From NCBI GenBank assembly GCA_965243135.1, contig OZ251539.1, forward strand, positions 4,160,001 to 4,224,000: DNA of 64,000 bases, read 5' to 3'. A model generated the notes under the pieces. The model saw nothing but the letters and a program-made list of their open reading frames with translations, ran no database searches and was not told the DNA's origin. This DNA is from Alphaproteobacteria bacterium. Lineage in GTDB: Bacteria > Pseudomonadota > Alphaproteobacteria > MPNO01 > UBA830. Below are positions 41,267 to 50,957 of the stretch, piece after piece. Each line of letters begins with the position of its first letter. The stretch's first letter is position 1. The translations under genes and the position numbers were made by a program.

Positions 41267-42511
41267 ATGATCAATCGGTTGATGGCCATCGGCATCGTGG
41301 CGCTTCTGTTGTCGCATCCGGCGTCAGGTCAGCAGAACGGTTCCGAAACCTACCGGCAGCTCGAGCTGCTCGGGGACGTCTTCGAGCGCATCCGCGCGGA
41401 GCATGTCCAGGAAGTGTCGGACGAAGACCTCGTGGAAGCTGCCGTCAACGGCATGCTGGCCTCGCTCGATCCGCATTCGAGCTATCTGAGCCCGAAGGAC
41501 TTCCGCGACATGCAGGTCCACACGCGCGGCGAGTTTGGCGGCCTCGGCATCGAAGTCACGATGGAGAACGGCGTCGTCAAGGTGGTTTCCCCGATCGACG
41601 ACACTCCGGCGTTCCGCGCGGGATTGAAGCCGGGCGACCTGATCACGCATCTCGACGGCGAGCCGATACAGGGGCTCAGCCTCGCGGAAGCCGTCGAGAA
41701 GATGCGCGGTCCGGTCGACACCGATCTCGAACTGACGGTCCGGAGAGCGAACCGCGAACCGTTCAAGGTCAAGATCACGCGGGCGGTCATCAAGATCCGG
41801 TCGGTCCGCTCGCGCATGGAAGGCGAGGATATCGGCTACGTCAGGATTACCTCATTCAACGAACAGGCCGGCCCCGATCTCGAGAAGGCGGTCGCGAAAT
41901 TGAAGGAAGAAACCAAGCTTCGCGGACTGGTCTTGGACCTGCGCAACAATCCCGGCGGCTTGCTCGAGCAATCCGTCGCGGTCGCGGACGCCTTTCTGGA
42001 AAGCGGAGAAGTCGTTTCGACCCGCGCGCGCCGCCCCGACGACAGCCAGCGGTTCAACGCGAAGGAAGGAGACATCGCGAAGGGGATTCCGATCGTCGTT
42101 CTCGTGAACCGCGGGTCGGCGTCGGCCTCCGAGATCGTCGCGGGCGCGCTGCAGGATCACCAGCGGGCGCTCATCATGGGAACGAGAACCTTCGGCAAGG
42201 GATCGGTGCAGACCGTGATCCCGCTCGGTCCGCACGGCGCGATCCGGCTGACGACGGCGCACTACTATACGCCCGCGGGCAGATCGATCCAGGCGAAGGG
42301 CATCGATCCCGACATCCCCGTGGAACAGGCCAGACTGCAGACCGTGGAATCTTCCTCGCCGCGGGAGGAAGACCTTCGCGGACGGCTGGACAACCCCGGC
42401 GCCGAGGGAGGCACGGACGCGCCCGCCGCTCCCGAACGGCAGGACTACCAGCTGTCGCGAGCGCTCGATCTGCTGCGGGGGATTTCGCTGTTTTCCGGAG
42501 CGAACAACTGA
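41267..42511 (+). CDS. ctpA: Carboxy-terminal processing protease, S41 family
   Basis: LDPHSSY, PDZ GEFGGLGI, DLRNNPGG, SASASEIVAGALQD, TFGKGSVQ. Confidence 0.95.
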   Translation: MINRLMAIGIVALLLSHPASGQQNGSETYRQLELLGDVFERIRAEHVQEVSDEDLVEAAVNGMLASLDPHSSYLSPKDFRDMQVHTRGEFGGLGIEVTMENGVVKVVSPIDDTPAFRAGLKPGDLITHLDGEPIQGLSLAEAVEKMRGPVDTDLELTVRRANREPFKVKITRAVIKIRSVRSRMEGEDIGYVRITSFNEQAGPDLEKAVAKLKEETKLRGLVLDLRNNPGGLLEQSVAVADAFLESGEVVSTRARRPDDSQRFNAKEGDIAKGIPIVVLVNRGSASASEIVAGALQDHQRALIMGTRTFGKGSVQTVIPLGPHGAIRLTTAHYYTPAGRSIQAKGIDPDIPVEQARLQTVESSSPREEDLRGRLDNPGAEGGTDAPAAPERQDYQLSRALDLLRGISLFSGANN

Positions 42512-43029
42512 CCGGGGAGCGCGGCGCGCCGCCCGCCGGCTACCGTCCCTGCGTCGGCGTCATGCTGGTCGACCGGCTCGGGCGCGCGTTCACGGGCGAA
42601 CGGATCGACACGCCGGGAGCGTGGCAGATGCCACAGGGCGGCCTCGACGAAGGCGAGACCCCCGAGCGGGCGGCGGCGCGGGAGCTGCGGGAAGAGACGG
42701 GGATCGTTTCGGTCGAGTTGCTTGCGGTTTCCGGCGAATGGCGCGCCTACGACCTGCCTCCGCGGATCGCGTCCGGCATCTGGGGCGGCCGCTGGCGCGG
42801 CCAGGCCCAGATCTGGACGCTGTTTTCGTTCGTCGGCGACGAGGCGGAAATCGACCTCAGGACGAAGCATCCGGAGTTCCGGCGCTGGAAATGGACGCCG
42901 CCGGACAGGCTCCTCGACGAAATCGTAGACTTCAAGCGCGGCGTCTACGAAGCGGTGCTGGAGGAATTCGGATCCGTCGCGCAACGGCACCTCGACGCTC
43001 GAAGGCGCCGCGTGCCGCCGCAGGCTTAA
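42508..43029 (+). CDS. rppH: RNA pyrophosphohydrolase
   Basis: YRPCVGVML upstream of the track's ATG; Nudix box WQMPQGGLDEGE..RELREETG; HPEF, FKRGVY. Confidence 0.92.
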   Translation: MTGERGAPPAGYRPCVGVMLVDRLGRAFTGERIDTPGAWQMPQGGLDEGETPERAAARELREETGIVSVELLAVSGEWRAYDLPPRIASGIWGGRWRGQAQIWTLFSFVGDEAEIDLRTKHPEFRRWKWTPPDRLLDEIVDFKRGVYEAVLEEFGSVAQRHLDARRRRVPPQA

Positions 43030-43043
43030 CCGTATTTATGTAA

Positions 43044-43094
43044 CCCCTTATCGATTTCGAAGTGCGACACGTGCGGTCAGCAATCTCGGTCACG
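43044..43094 (-). repeat. Diverged copy of the 3' half of the 100-bp repeat
   Basis: Minus strand GTGACCGAGATTGCTGACCGCACGTGTCGCACTTCGAAATCGATAAGGGG aligns without gaps to the end of copy 3; 15 bp after rppH stop. Confidence 0.8.
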
Positions 43095-43099
43095 GCGCA

Positions 43100-43283
43100 A
43101 GACCCTGTCGTCGCGGCCCCCGTTCGCCGCGAAATGCAACCGGATGGTCGGGTGCGCTTCTGGGGAACGGTTACGCGACCCGGCGAAAACGCTCCGCGCA
43201 TCCTCCGCGTGGTCACGCTGGCCGACGGAAAAACGGTCCATAACGCTTTCTTCGATCGGGGATTCAGGGAGGACGAACCATGA
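43100..43283 (+). pseudogene. 5'-truncated toxin-like gene paired with DUF2283
   Basis: PVRREMQPDGRVRFWG..LRVVTLADGKTVHNAFFDRGF; ATGA overlap with DUF2283 gene; 5' end occupied by the repeat. Confidence 0.6.
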
Positions 43284-43495
43284 AGCTCCATTACTATCCC
43301 GAAACTGACAGCCTCTACATCGAGCTCGGACCCGCGCCAAGTGTGGAGACGCGCGAGGTTTCCGACGGGTTGAACGTCGATCTCGACGCCGCTGGCGGCG
43401 TGGTTGGCTTCGATATCGACCATGCGTCGCGGCGGCTCGATCTCTCCACGCTTGAGGCCGAGGCGCTGCCGCTCCGCTCGATCAGAGCGGGATGA
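43280..43495 (+). CDS. DUF2283 family putative antitoxin
   Basis: MKLHYYPETDSLYIEL..DLDAAGGVVGFDIDHAS. Confidence 0.85.
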   Translation: MKLHYYPETDSLYIELGPAPSVETREVSDGLNVDLDAAGGVVGFDIDHASRRLDLSTLEAEALPLRSIRAG

Positions 43496-43531
43496 GCGCA
43501 ATGGCGGGCGAGACGACGGCCGCGGCTAGGC

Positions 43532-45898
43532 CTGCCTGTGCCCCATAAAGATTTTTCTGGACTCTGGCCAGCCGATTCGCTACGGTGCCCGGCATGGAGT
43601 TCCAGAATCAGGTTCGGCAAAGCCTCCGGAACGATTTTGCGCGCTTGCAAGGGGTGCTGGCGAACGGGGTTTTCACTCGCCGCAGCGAGGTCGCGGATCG
43701 CGTGTGCGAAGCATTCGGGTTTCGTGATGGGCTTGGCCGCCTGCAGCGAGCGGGCTGTCTGAAGGCGTTGGCGGAGTTTGAGGCGGCGGGACGGATTTCG
43801 CTGCCGTCGCCGACGCATTCCGGCGGTGGCGCGTGGCGCCCGCGACGTCTTGCGGAGCCGGTTCCTCCGCCGAAGAGCGTACCGGAGGAAGTCGGTGCGG
43901 TCGAGGGCCTGGAGTTGGTGCCGGTGACGGATGACGATCATCGCCTGGTATGGAACACGATGCTGGAGGAGGAGCATCCACGCGGCGCCGGTCCACTGGT
44001 GGGCTGTCAGTTACGGTATCTGGTGGGGTCGGCGCATGGCTGGCTGGGGGCTGTCGGGTTCGCGGCGTCGGCGCACAGGCTCGAATGCCGCGACCGTTGG
44101 ATAGGCTGGAGCGACGCAGGAAGGCGCGCTTGTTTGCACCGGGTCGTGTGCCTGTCGCGTTTTCTGGTCCGGCCCGGCGTCGAGTGCCGTAATCTTGCCT
44201 CGCATGTCTTGGGCGGCGTGGTCCGCAGGGTGGGAGACGATTTCGAGGCGCGCTACGGCTACCGCCCGTATTTGCTGGAGACCTTCGTAGACCGGCATGC
44301 GGGAACGAGCTTTCAGGCGTCCAACTGGCACCGAATTGGCGAGACAGCCGGCCGGGGGCGACAGGATCGGGAACATGCGGCAACGGAGACGCCGAAGGCT
44401 GTATATGTGTACGAATTGGATGCGGACTGGCAGGTGCGCATCCTGGAGCCGCGTGCGCCGCTTGCACCGTTGGAGGTCGGATCCGGTCTGGATCGGGAGA
44501 GTTGGGCGGAACAGGAGTTCGGCGGTGCGCCGCTGGGGGATGTGCGTCTGAGCGCGCGCCTGGTGACTTGTGCCCGATATCAGGCGGAAGCGCCGACGCA
44601 GGCGTTCACGTGCGCTGCGAGAGGGGGCCTTGATAAAGGCTTACTATCGCTTGATCGACAAGCCGGACAGTGATGCGGTGACGGTGGAGAACATCCTGCA
44701 GCCGCATCGGCGGCAGACGCTGCGGCGGATGCAGGGGGAGAAGACGGTGCTGTGCGTGCAGGACGGCAGCACGCTGAACTTCGCGAAGCGGGGGAAGACC
44801 GAGGGTTTGGGAATCATCGGTCGGAACCAGACCGGCGCCGGCACCCGAGGCCTGAACCTGCACGCCACGGTCAACACGGAGGGGCTGCCGCTGGGGGTTC
44901 TGCGGGCGGCGTTCGATGCGCCGCAGCCGAGCGCGGAGAGGGACAAGCCCCGCGAGAAGAAGAAGTCGTACCGTTGGATTCAGGGCCTTCAGGACAGCGC
45001 CGAGGCTGCTTCTGCACTCGATGGCGTGCAGGTGGTCGGCGTCATGGACCGGGAGGCGGACTTCGTCGACCTGTTCGTTGAGCGGCGCGAGCGGGCGCCG
45101 GGAGTGGAACTTCTGGTGCGGGCGAAGACGAACCGGGTTCTCGGCAAGGACGACACCGACAAGCTGTTCGACAAGGTGCGGAAAAGCCCGGTGCAGGGCA
45201 AGCGCGTCATCGAGGTCAAACGTCTGAGCGCACGCATAAAGGCAAGCAAGCAGGCCGCGAGGGCCGTGCGGCCGGAGCGCCAGGCCACGGTCGAACTGCG
45301 CTACCTCAAGGTCGAGTTGCCGGCGAAGGGCAAGAATCCCGTCGAGGCGACGATTGTGCATGTCCGCGAGAAAGCTCCCCCGCCGGACGCCGGACGGCTG
45401 GAATGGTTCCTGCTGACGACGCTGCCGGTCGAGAGCGCCGAGGACGCCGAACGCATCCTGACTTGGTATGGCCTGCGCTGGCGTATCGAAGATTATTTCA
45501 GGGTCCTGAAGTCCGGCTGCCGAGGACCTTGAGAATCGGACGGCCGAACGTCTTCAGCGTGCCGCCGCCATCAACATCGTCATCGCCTGGCGCATCCACC
45601 TGATGACCCGTCTCGGACGGGAACTGCCCGATCTGCCGCCTGAGATCCTGTTCTCGGACGTCGAACTCCGGGTGCTGGCGCTCCTCGCCAAATCTTGGCG
45701 CATGGCACCGCCGAAAAGCCTCGGAGACGCTGTCTTCCTGGTCGCCCGCCTCGGAGGGTACTTCAAGCGCAAGCGTGATCCGCCAGGCGCGGAAGTGATG
45801 TGGAACGGCTACGCCCAACTCGCCGCCAAGGCGCATTTCCGGGAACTTGAGGATGAACACGGATGTTAGTTCAGCAAAACTTTATGGGGCACAGGCAG
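43532..45898 (+). mobile_element. IS4 family (IS50/Tn5-like) element
   Basis: Perfect terminal inverted repeats CTGCCTGTGCCCCATAAAG; direct repeat GGCTAGGC at 43524-43531 and 45899-45906. Confidence 0.92.
43594..45869 (+). pseudogene. DUF4338 + Tn5-like transposase fusion, two frameshifts (~44630, ~45525)
   Basis: GPLVGCQLRYLV, NLASHVL, LLETFVD; WAEQEFGGAPLGDVRL, VQDGSTLNF, VMDREAD, YGLRWRIEDYFRVLKSGC, VARLGGY. Confidence 0.85.
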
Positions 45899-46098
45899 GG
45901 CTAGGCGGCGGCGCTTGCCGTTCGGAGGTCTCGGGATTGCGGCGCTGAGGGCTGCCCCGTAACGCCCTGTCTTCACACCGCGACGCCCGAACGTGGAACG
46001 GTTATGTCGGTGCATGATAGCGGTGCGAGGCCGGGTGAACCATGACCAAAGTTACATGCTACGGGGTGAGCAGGCGCCGATCATGAGCGTTTGTTTCG

Positions 46099-49000
46099 TT
46101 GGCCCTTGACGCGCGCAACGCCGCCGCGCACTTCGCCGGCGAAATGGAGGCGCACGCCGCGCTGCGCCATCTGGACGCCATGCGCGAACTCCTGGCCGCC
46201 ATCGGCGCTGCTGGCCAGGAGACTGCGCTCGCAGCCCTTTATGACGAGCAATTTGCGGCAGACAGCGGGCCGGGGGCGGGCGCTAGCGACCTTAGGCTTG
46301 AGGAACCGCCGCCGGAACGCCCGCGCCCCTGGCGCGAGGTTTGCGAACCGCATCCCGATGTTCTGGCGGCGCGCTTCTCCGACGCCGAGTTCGCGGCCAA
46401 TCTGGCGTTGGTTGATCGGGGCCAGGGCGAGGAAGAATACGTCGACCCGGCGGTGTTCTTCCGCATCACCCATATGACCGAAGGGCTGCGACTGGTACTG
46501 CGGGCAGTCATCAAGCGGCTCGGCGGACGCGGCGGCGAGCCGGTGATCAGGCTTCAGACCAATTTCGGCGGCGGCAAGACCCACACCATGCTGGCGCTCC
46601 AGCGCGGTCGAGGCCGGCTACCGACCGAAGACTCTCGAAGGCTTGACTCCGATCTTCGCCGAGGCAGGCGTCGAAACCCTTCCCCGAATCCGGCGCGCGG
46701 TGTTCGTCGGCACCGACAAGGGTGCAGCAGAGGCAATGCACGTGGAGGATGGCCGGGAGGTCCGAACTCTGTGGGGGTACATCGCATGGCGGCTCGGTGG
46801 CTGGAAGGCAGTCGACAGCATCGCCGCGTCGGAAGACGCGGGGACAAATCCGGGATTGAAAAAGCTGATCCCTATTCTTCGCGAGGCTGTGCCGTGCCTG
46901 ATCCTGATGGACGAGGTAGTGGCGTTCGCACGCCAGTTGCGAGGCGTGCCTTACGACGCCTTCCACGCCTTCGTCCAGTCGCTGACCCGAGACCGCGGCC
47001 GCAGTCGAAGGTGCCGTGGTGGTCGGTTCGCTGCCGGAATCGGGCACCGAGGTCGGTGACGAGCAGGGTGAGACGGCGTTGCGGCGGCTGGAAAAGATTT
47101 TCGGGCGCCTGCAGTCGGCTTGGACGCCAGCGACCGATGTCGAGACCTTCGAGATCGTCCGGCGCCGCCTGTTCCAGCCGCTCGACGAAGCGGGCGGGCA
47201 AGCGCGCGACGAGACCGTTTGGGCGTTCCGCAAACTCTATCGCGACAACCGTGCGGACTTTCCGCCGAAAGCGCATGAAGAGGTCTACGAAGACCGGATG
47301 CGCCGCGCCTATCCACTGCATCCAGAAGTGCTACGGCGGTTTTCCGGCGATTGGTCAGTGCTGGAGAAGTTCCAGCGCACGTGCGGCGCTCTCAAGATCA
47401 TGGCGGGTGCCGTCTATGCGCTGTGGCAGGGCGAAAGCACCGCGCCCCTGATCACGCCGGCGCTGCTGCCGCTTCGCGATGCGCGCGTGCGGACCGCCCT
47501 CTTGGAACCGCTGGATCGCGCCTATGGGCCGATCCTGCAATCGGAAGTGGATGGCGATCAAGCGCTCACGGCGCGGATCGAGGCCCGGCGGCCTCGGATC
47601 GGCCGCGCAAAAGCGGCGACGGGCGCGGCGCGGGCGGTGTTTTTCGCCACTGCACCCCACGCAGGCGCCGCAAGCAACGCGCGCGGCGGCTTGACCGGCG
47701 CGGATCTGTGGCTCGCCTGCGCTCGTCCCGGCGACCAAATCGCGGTCTTCGGGGAGGCGCTGCAGGAAATCGCGTCAAGCGCGGCCTATCTCTACCGCGA
47801 TGGCGACCGCTTCTGGTTCTCGCCCCGCCCGACCCTGAACAAACTCGCCGCCGACCGCGCCCGCGACATGGACGCCGAGCGCGTCGACCGGCGCATCGTG
47901 GAAGTATTGCGCGAGGAAGCGCGCGACCGCGGCGGGTTCCACCGCGTCCACGCGGCTCCGGACGATCCATCCGACATTGAGGATCGGCGCGACGCTGCAG
48001 CGCTTGTGATCCTGCCTCCCTCGGCGGCGCACGACAACGACGGACCACCGCCATCCGCGGCGGAAACGCTTGCGCGAGACATCGTGGAGCGGCGCCGGAC
48101 CGGACAACGGAGCTATCGCAACGCGCTGGCGTTCGTGGCCGCCGACGCAGCGAACTTGGATGCGGCCCGCGAGAACGTGCGGCGGAAACTCGCTTGGCGG
48201 TCGATCTTGGACGATTCCGACCTTGAGAAGAACCTAACTCTCGCGCAGGCGAACGACGCCAAAGGACAGTTCGAGCGCGCGGGCGAGGCGCGCCGCCGCA
48301 GCGTCCGTGGTGCTTGGGTGCACCCCCTCTGTCCGGCGCCGGTCGAGGGCGCGAACGGCAAGCCATCTTCTGGTTTCGCCTTGCAGGCCGCACGGCTGGT
48401 GAACCGGGATGGTGCCAAAAGCGTGGCGCATGCAGCATGGGACAAGGCGACCGGGGACGGCACAGCGCTCGGCGAGATCGGCCCCGAAAACCTGACCCGC
48501 TGTCTCGAACCGCTGTGGCCGGAGAGCCAGCCGCATGCTCTGGTCGAGGACCTCCGCGAGTGGTTCGCTTCCTATGTTTACCTGCTGCGCTTGCGCGACG
48601 AGGCGGTTCTCGACGGCGCGCTGCGCCGCCTCGCCGAAGACTTCGCTCGGCCCTTCGCGCTCGCGGCCGGATTCGACGAGGCGACTGGTGTCTATGTCGA
48701 TGTCGTCGACGGAAAGGCGCTCCCGTTGGGAAACCTAGGCTCCCGTCTTCTGGTGCGTCGGGAGGCCATACCGGCGCCCCCTGAAGACCCTCGTCCGCCG
48801 CCGCCCGGCGGCAAGGCGTCGGACGATGCCAAGAGCGGCGGCGACCCCGACAAGCCGCAACCACCGCCCGACACGCCGCGGCCGAAACGGTTTTTCGCAT
48901 CGCTGAAGCTCGATCCCGAGCGTGCGGGCCGCGATGTAGCGCGGATCATGGACGGCCTGCTGGTCGAATTGACCCGCACGCCGGGGGCCAAAATCGAACT

Positions 49001-49124
49001 GACGCTGGAGATCGCAGGAACGGCGAGCGAAGTCGGCTACCCGCCGGATGTTGTGGACACCGTCACCGCCAACGCACGCGACCTCAAGTTGGATCAAGGC
49101 GACCTGGGGTTCGAGAAGAATTGA
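46099..49124 (+). pseudogene. DUF499 AAA+ ATPase, 5'-truncated and frameshifted
   Basis: PWREVCEPHPDV, EFAANL, Walker A LQTNFGGGKTHTML, Walker B LILMDE in another frame, FEIVRRRLF, AYPLHPE. Confidence 0.85.
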
Positions 49125-49354
49125 CGGCGAAGGTTCCGGTGCGTCGCCGCCGCGCCGACAGTGCGGTCGCAAAGGACGGGGTGGGCGCTTTGTCGAGCGC
49201 AGCCGGCAAGGCTGTCGCCGGGCTGCAGTGGCCTGCGCTCTGCGCGTCGGCCCGGCCACGCAGGTTCGCGGCCCAGGACAGGACAAACGGCGGTCGTCGG
49301 CGCGGCCACGGGGCAGAGGGGGATTTTTTCGCTGCGGCGGGGGCGTTCGCCTCC

Positions 49355-49454
49355 GCCGCCCCGGCTCCTTGACTCACCGGCCAACCCATCCCCATACTGC
49401 CTTGGTGACAGGGATTGCCGACCGTCGGTATTGCACTTCGGAGTTGATAGCGGG
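49355..49454 (+). repeat. ~100-bp promoter-carrying repeat, copy 3
   Basis: GCCGCCCCGGCTCCTTGACTCACCGGCCAACCCATCCCCATACTG...GCACTTCGGAGTTGATAGCGGG. Confidence 0.93.
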
Positions 49455-49934
49455 AAGGGATTAGAGAATTAGGGGGATTTGCTGCCCTAATTTCCTAGCG
49501 ATTTCGCTCATCACTCCGCGGGAGCTTCGAGCACGAATCCCGCGATCAAGAACCGGACGGCCCCCGAGTCGTCGGGGCCGAAGCGCACGTAACTTGCAGG
49601 TTCCCCGCCAACTCTCACATTGGGGGCTGGCACGCCCAGGCGGTAAAGAAGTCGGTCGCTGCTCTACCCCAACTCCCGCGCCGTCCGCCGAAGCGCTGCG
49701 CGAGGGGGCCGCCATTCCCTCTCGCGCGCTCAGTTCGGCGTTGAAGAGCGACCGGACCAAACGGTTAACGACGCCGTCGCCGCTGGCTCCTCTCGTCCAG
49801 GAATACGCGTTGTCGAACGACCCCGCGTCAGCGGGCGATTTCGCTCCTCGGGTAATTCGGATTCGATCCCGAAGCCCCCGAACCGGCCGGCCCGGCACCG
49901 TCAGGGGCGGGCCGGCCGCGACGGGAGGCGTCGA

Positions 49935-50330
49935 TCAGATGGAGCCGCTTCCCCCTCGTGAGGTCCATACGTCGAGGCAGCTTGCGCCGCATCCGCAAGA
50001 AGGTGTCCCACATGCGGCGCTCCCCCCGACGCACTTGCCGCCGCCGGCGACCGCATTGAGCACCTCGTCCCCCACGCTGGCGTTGAAATCGGGGGGAAGG
50101 ATGAAATGGAAAACCTCGTCAGTGTCCTCGACGATGCGCACTTCCGTATCGGGCACCACCTGGATGCTGTTCTCGGAGAGGGCGGCGACCGGGTCCGAGT
50201 TGAGGTTCGAGCGAAAATCCGGATCCTTGCGGTACTCATCCGCGATGGAAGCGAGCTGGCGCACGCTCTCTTGAAGTCCCTCGGGCGACACCGGAATGTG
50301 AAGCACCGTCGTCAAGTTGATAGGGGGCAT
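49935..50330 (-). CDS. NHLP/proteusin-type RiPP precursor, Cys/Gly-rich core
   Basis: Leader DPDFRSNLNSDPVAAL..EVRIVEDTDEVFHFILPPDFNASVGDEVLNAVAGG; core GKCVGGSAACGTPSCGCGASCLDVWTSRGGSGSI. Confidence 0.88.
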   Translation of the reverse strand: MPPINLTTVLHIPVSPEGLQESVRQLASIADEYRKDPDFRSNLNSDPVAALSENSIQVVPDTEVRIVEDTDEVFHFILPPDFNASVGDEVLNAVAGGGKCVGGSAACGTPSCGCGASCLDVWTSRGGSGSI

Positions 50331-50957
50331 GTTTCCATCCTCAATTCGCTGTTTCGATCACGCAAGGCGACACGCAAATGCTTGCATGCATCCAATACCC
50401 TAACCGGGAAGGTTGGGAAAACCCTAATTTCAGTAATTTTCGCCAAGGCGGCCGCATTTCCCGAAGGTACGCCGAAAAGGCGAAGTCGCCAAAAATTTTT
50501 CTCGAACGCCATATTTTTCACGGGATTAGAGCCGTAGGGGAAATTGCCGACATATCGCCGAGAACACCTTGGAACCGCTTCTCGAGACTCCGTTGGAATC
50601 CGAGGCCGCTTGAGTCCATGTCCGATAGCCTCGAAGAAGCGCTCGCCGAGTTCGCTTCGACGCGCGACTTCAGGGACAAGGAGTTCTCGGCGATTTCGCG
50701 ACGGACGCGAAACTTTCCGCCACGGCGCCGAGGCGCCTGGAGGCTGTCTCGGCCGCAGGGGCGGCGAATCGCCCGGCTGCACCGGGTCCCGCGACCGAAT
50801 GTCGCGGCGCAGGCCCGAGAACTGCGGAACCGGGCGGCCCGCCGCCGCGGAGCGCGGACAAGACTTGCGACTCGAGGGAAAGCCGCAGGACCGAGGCCGC
50901 GCCCCTTTCGACGGCTGCCGTTCCGCCGGAAAGTCGGCGAAGGCGGGTCGGGCCGCG

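Noticed and set aside
46007-46025. TCGGTGCATGATAGCGG as another site copy before DUF499
   Set aside because: Needs a gap and several mismatches; too weak to count without a PWM.
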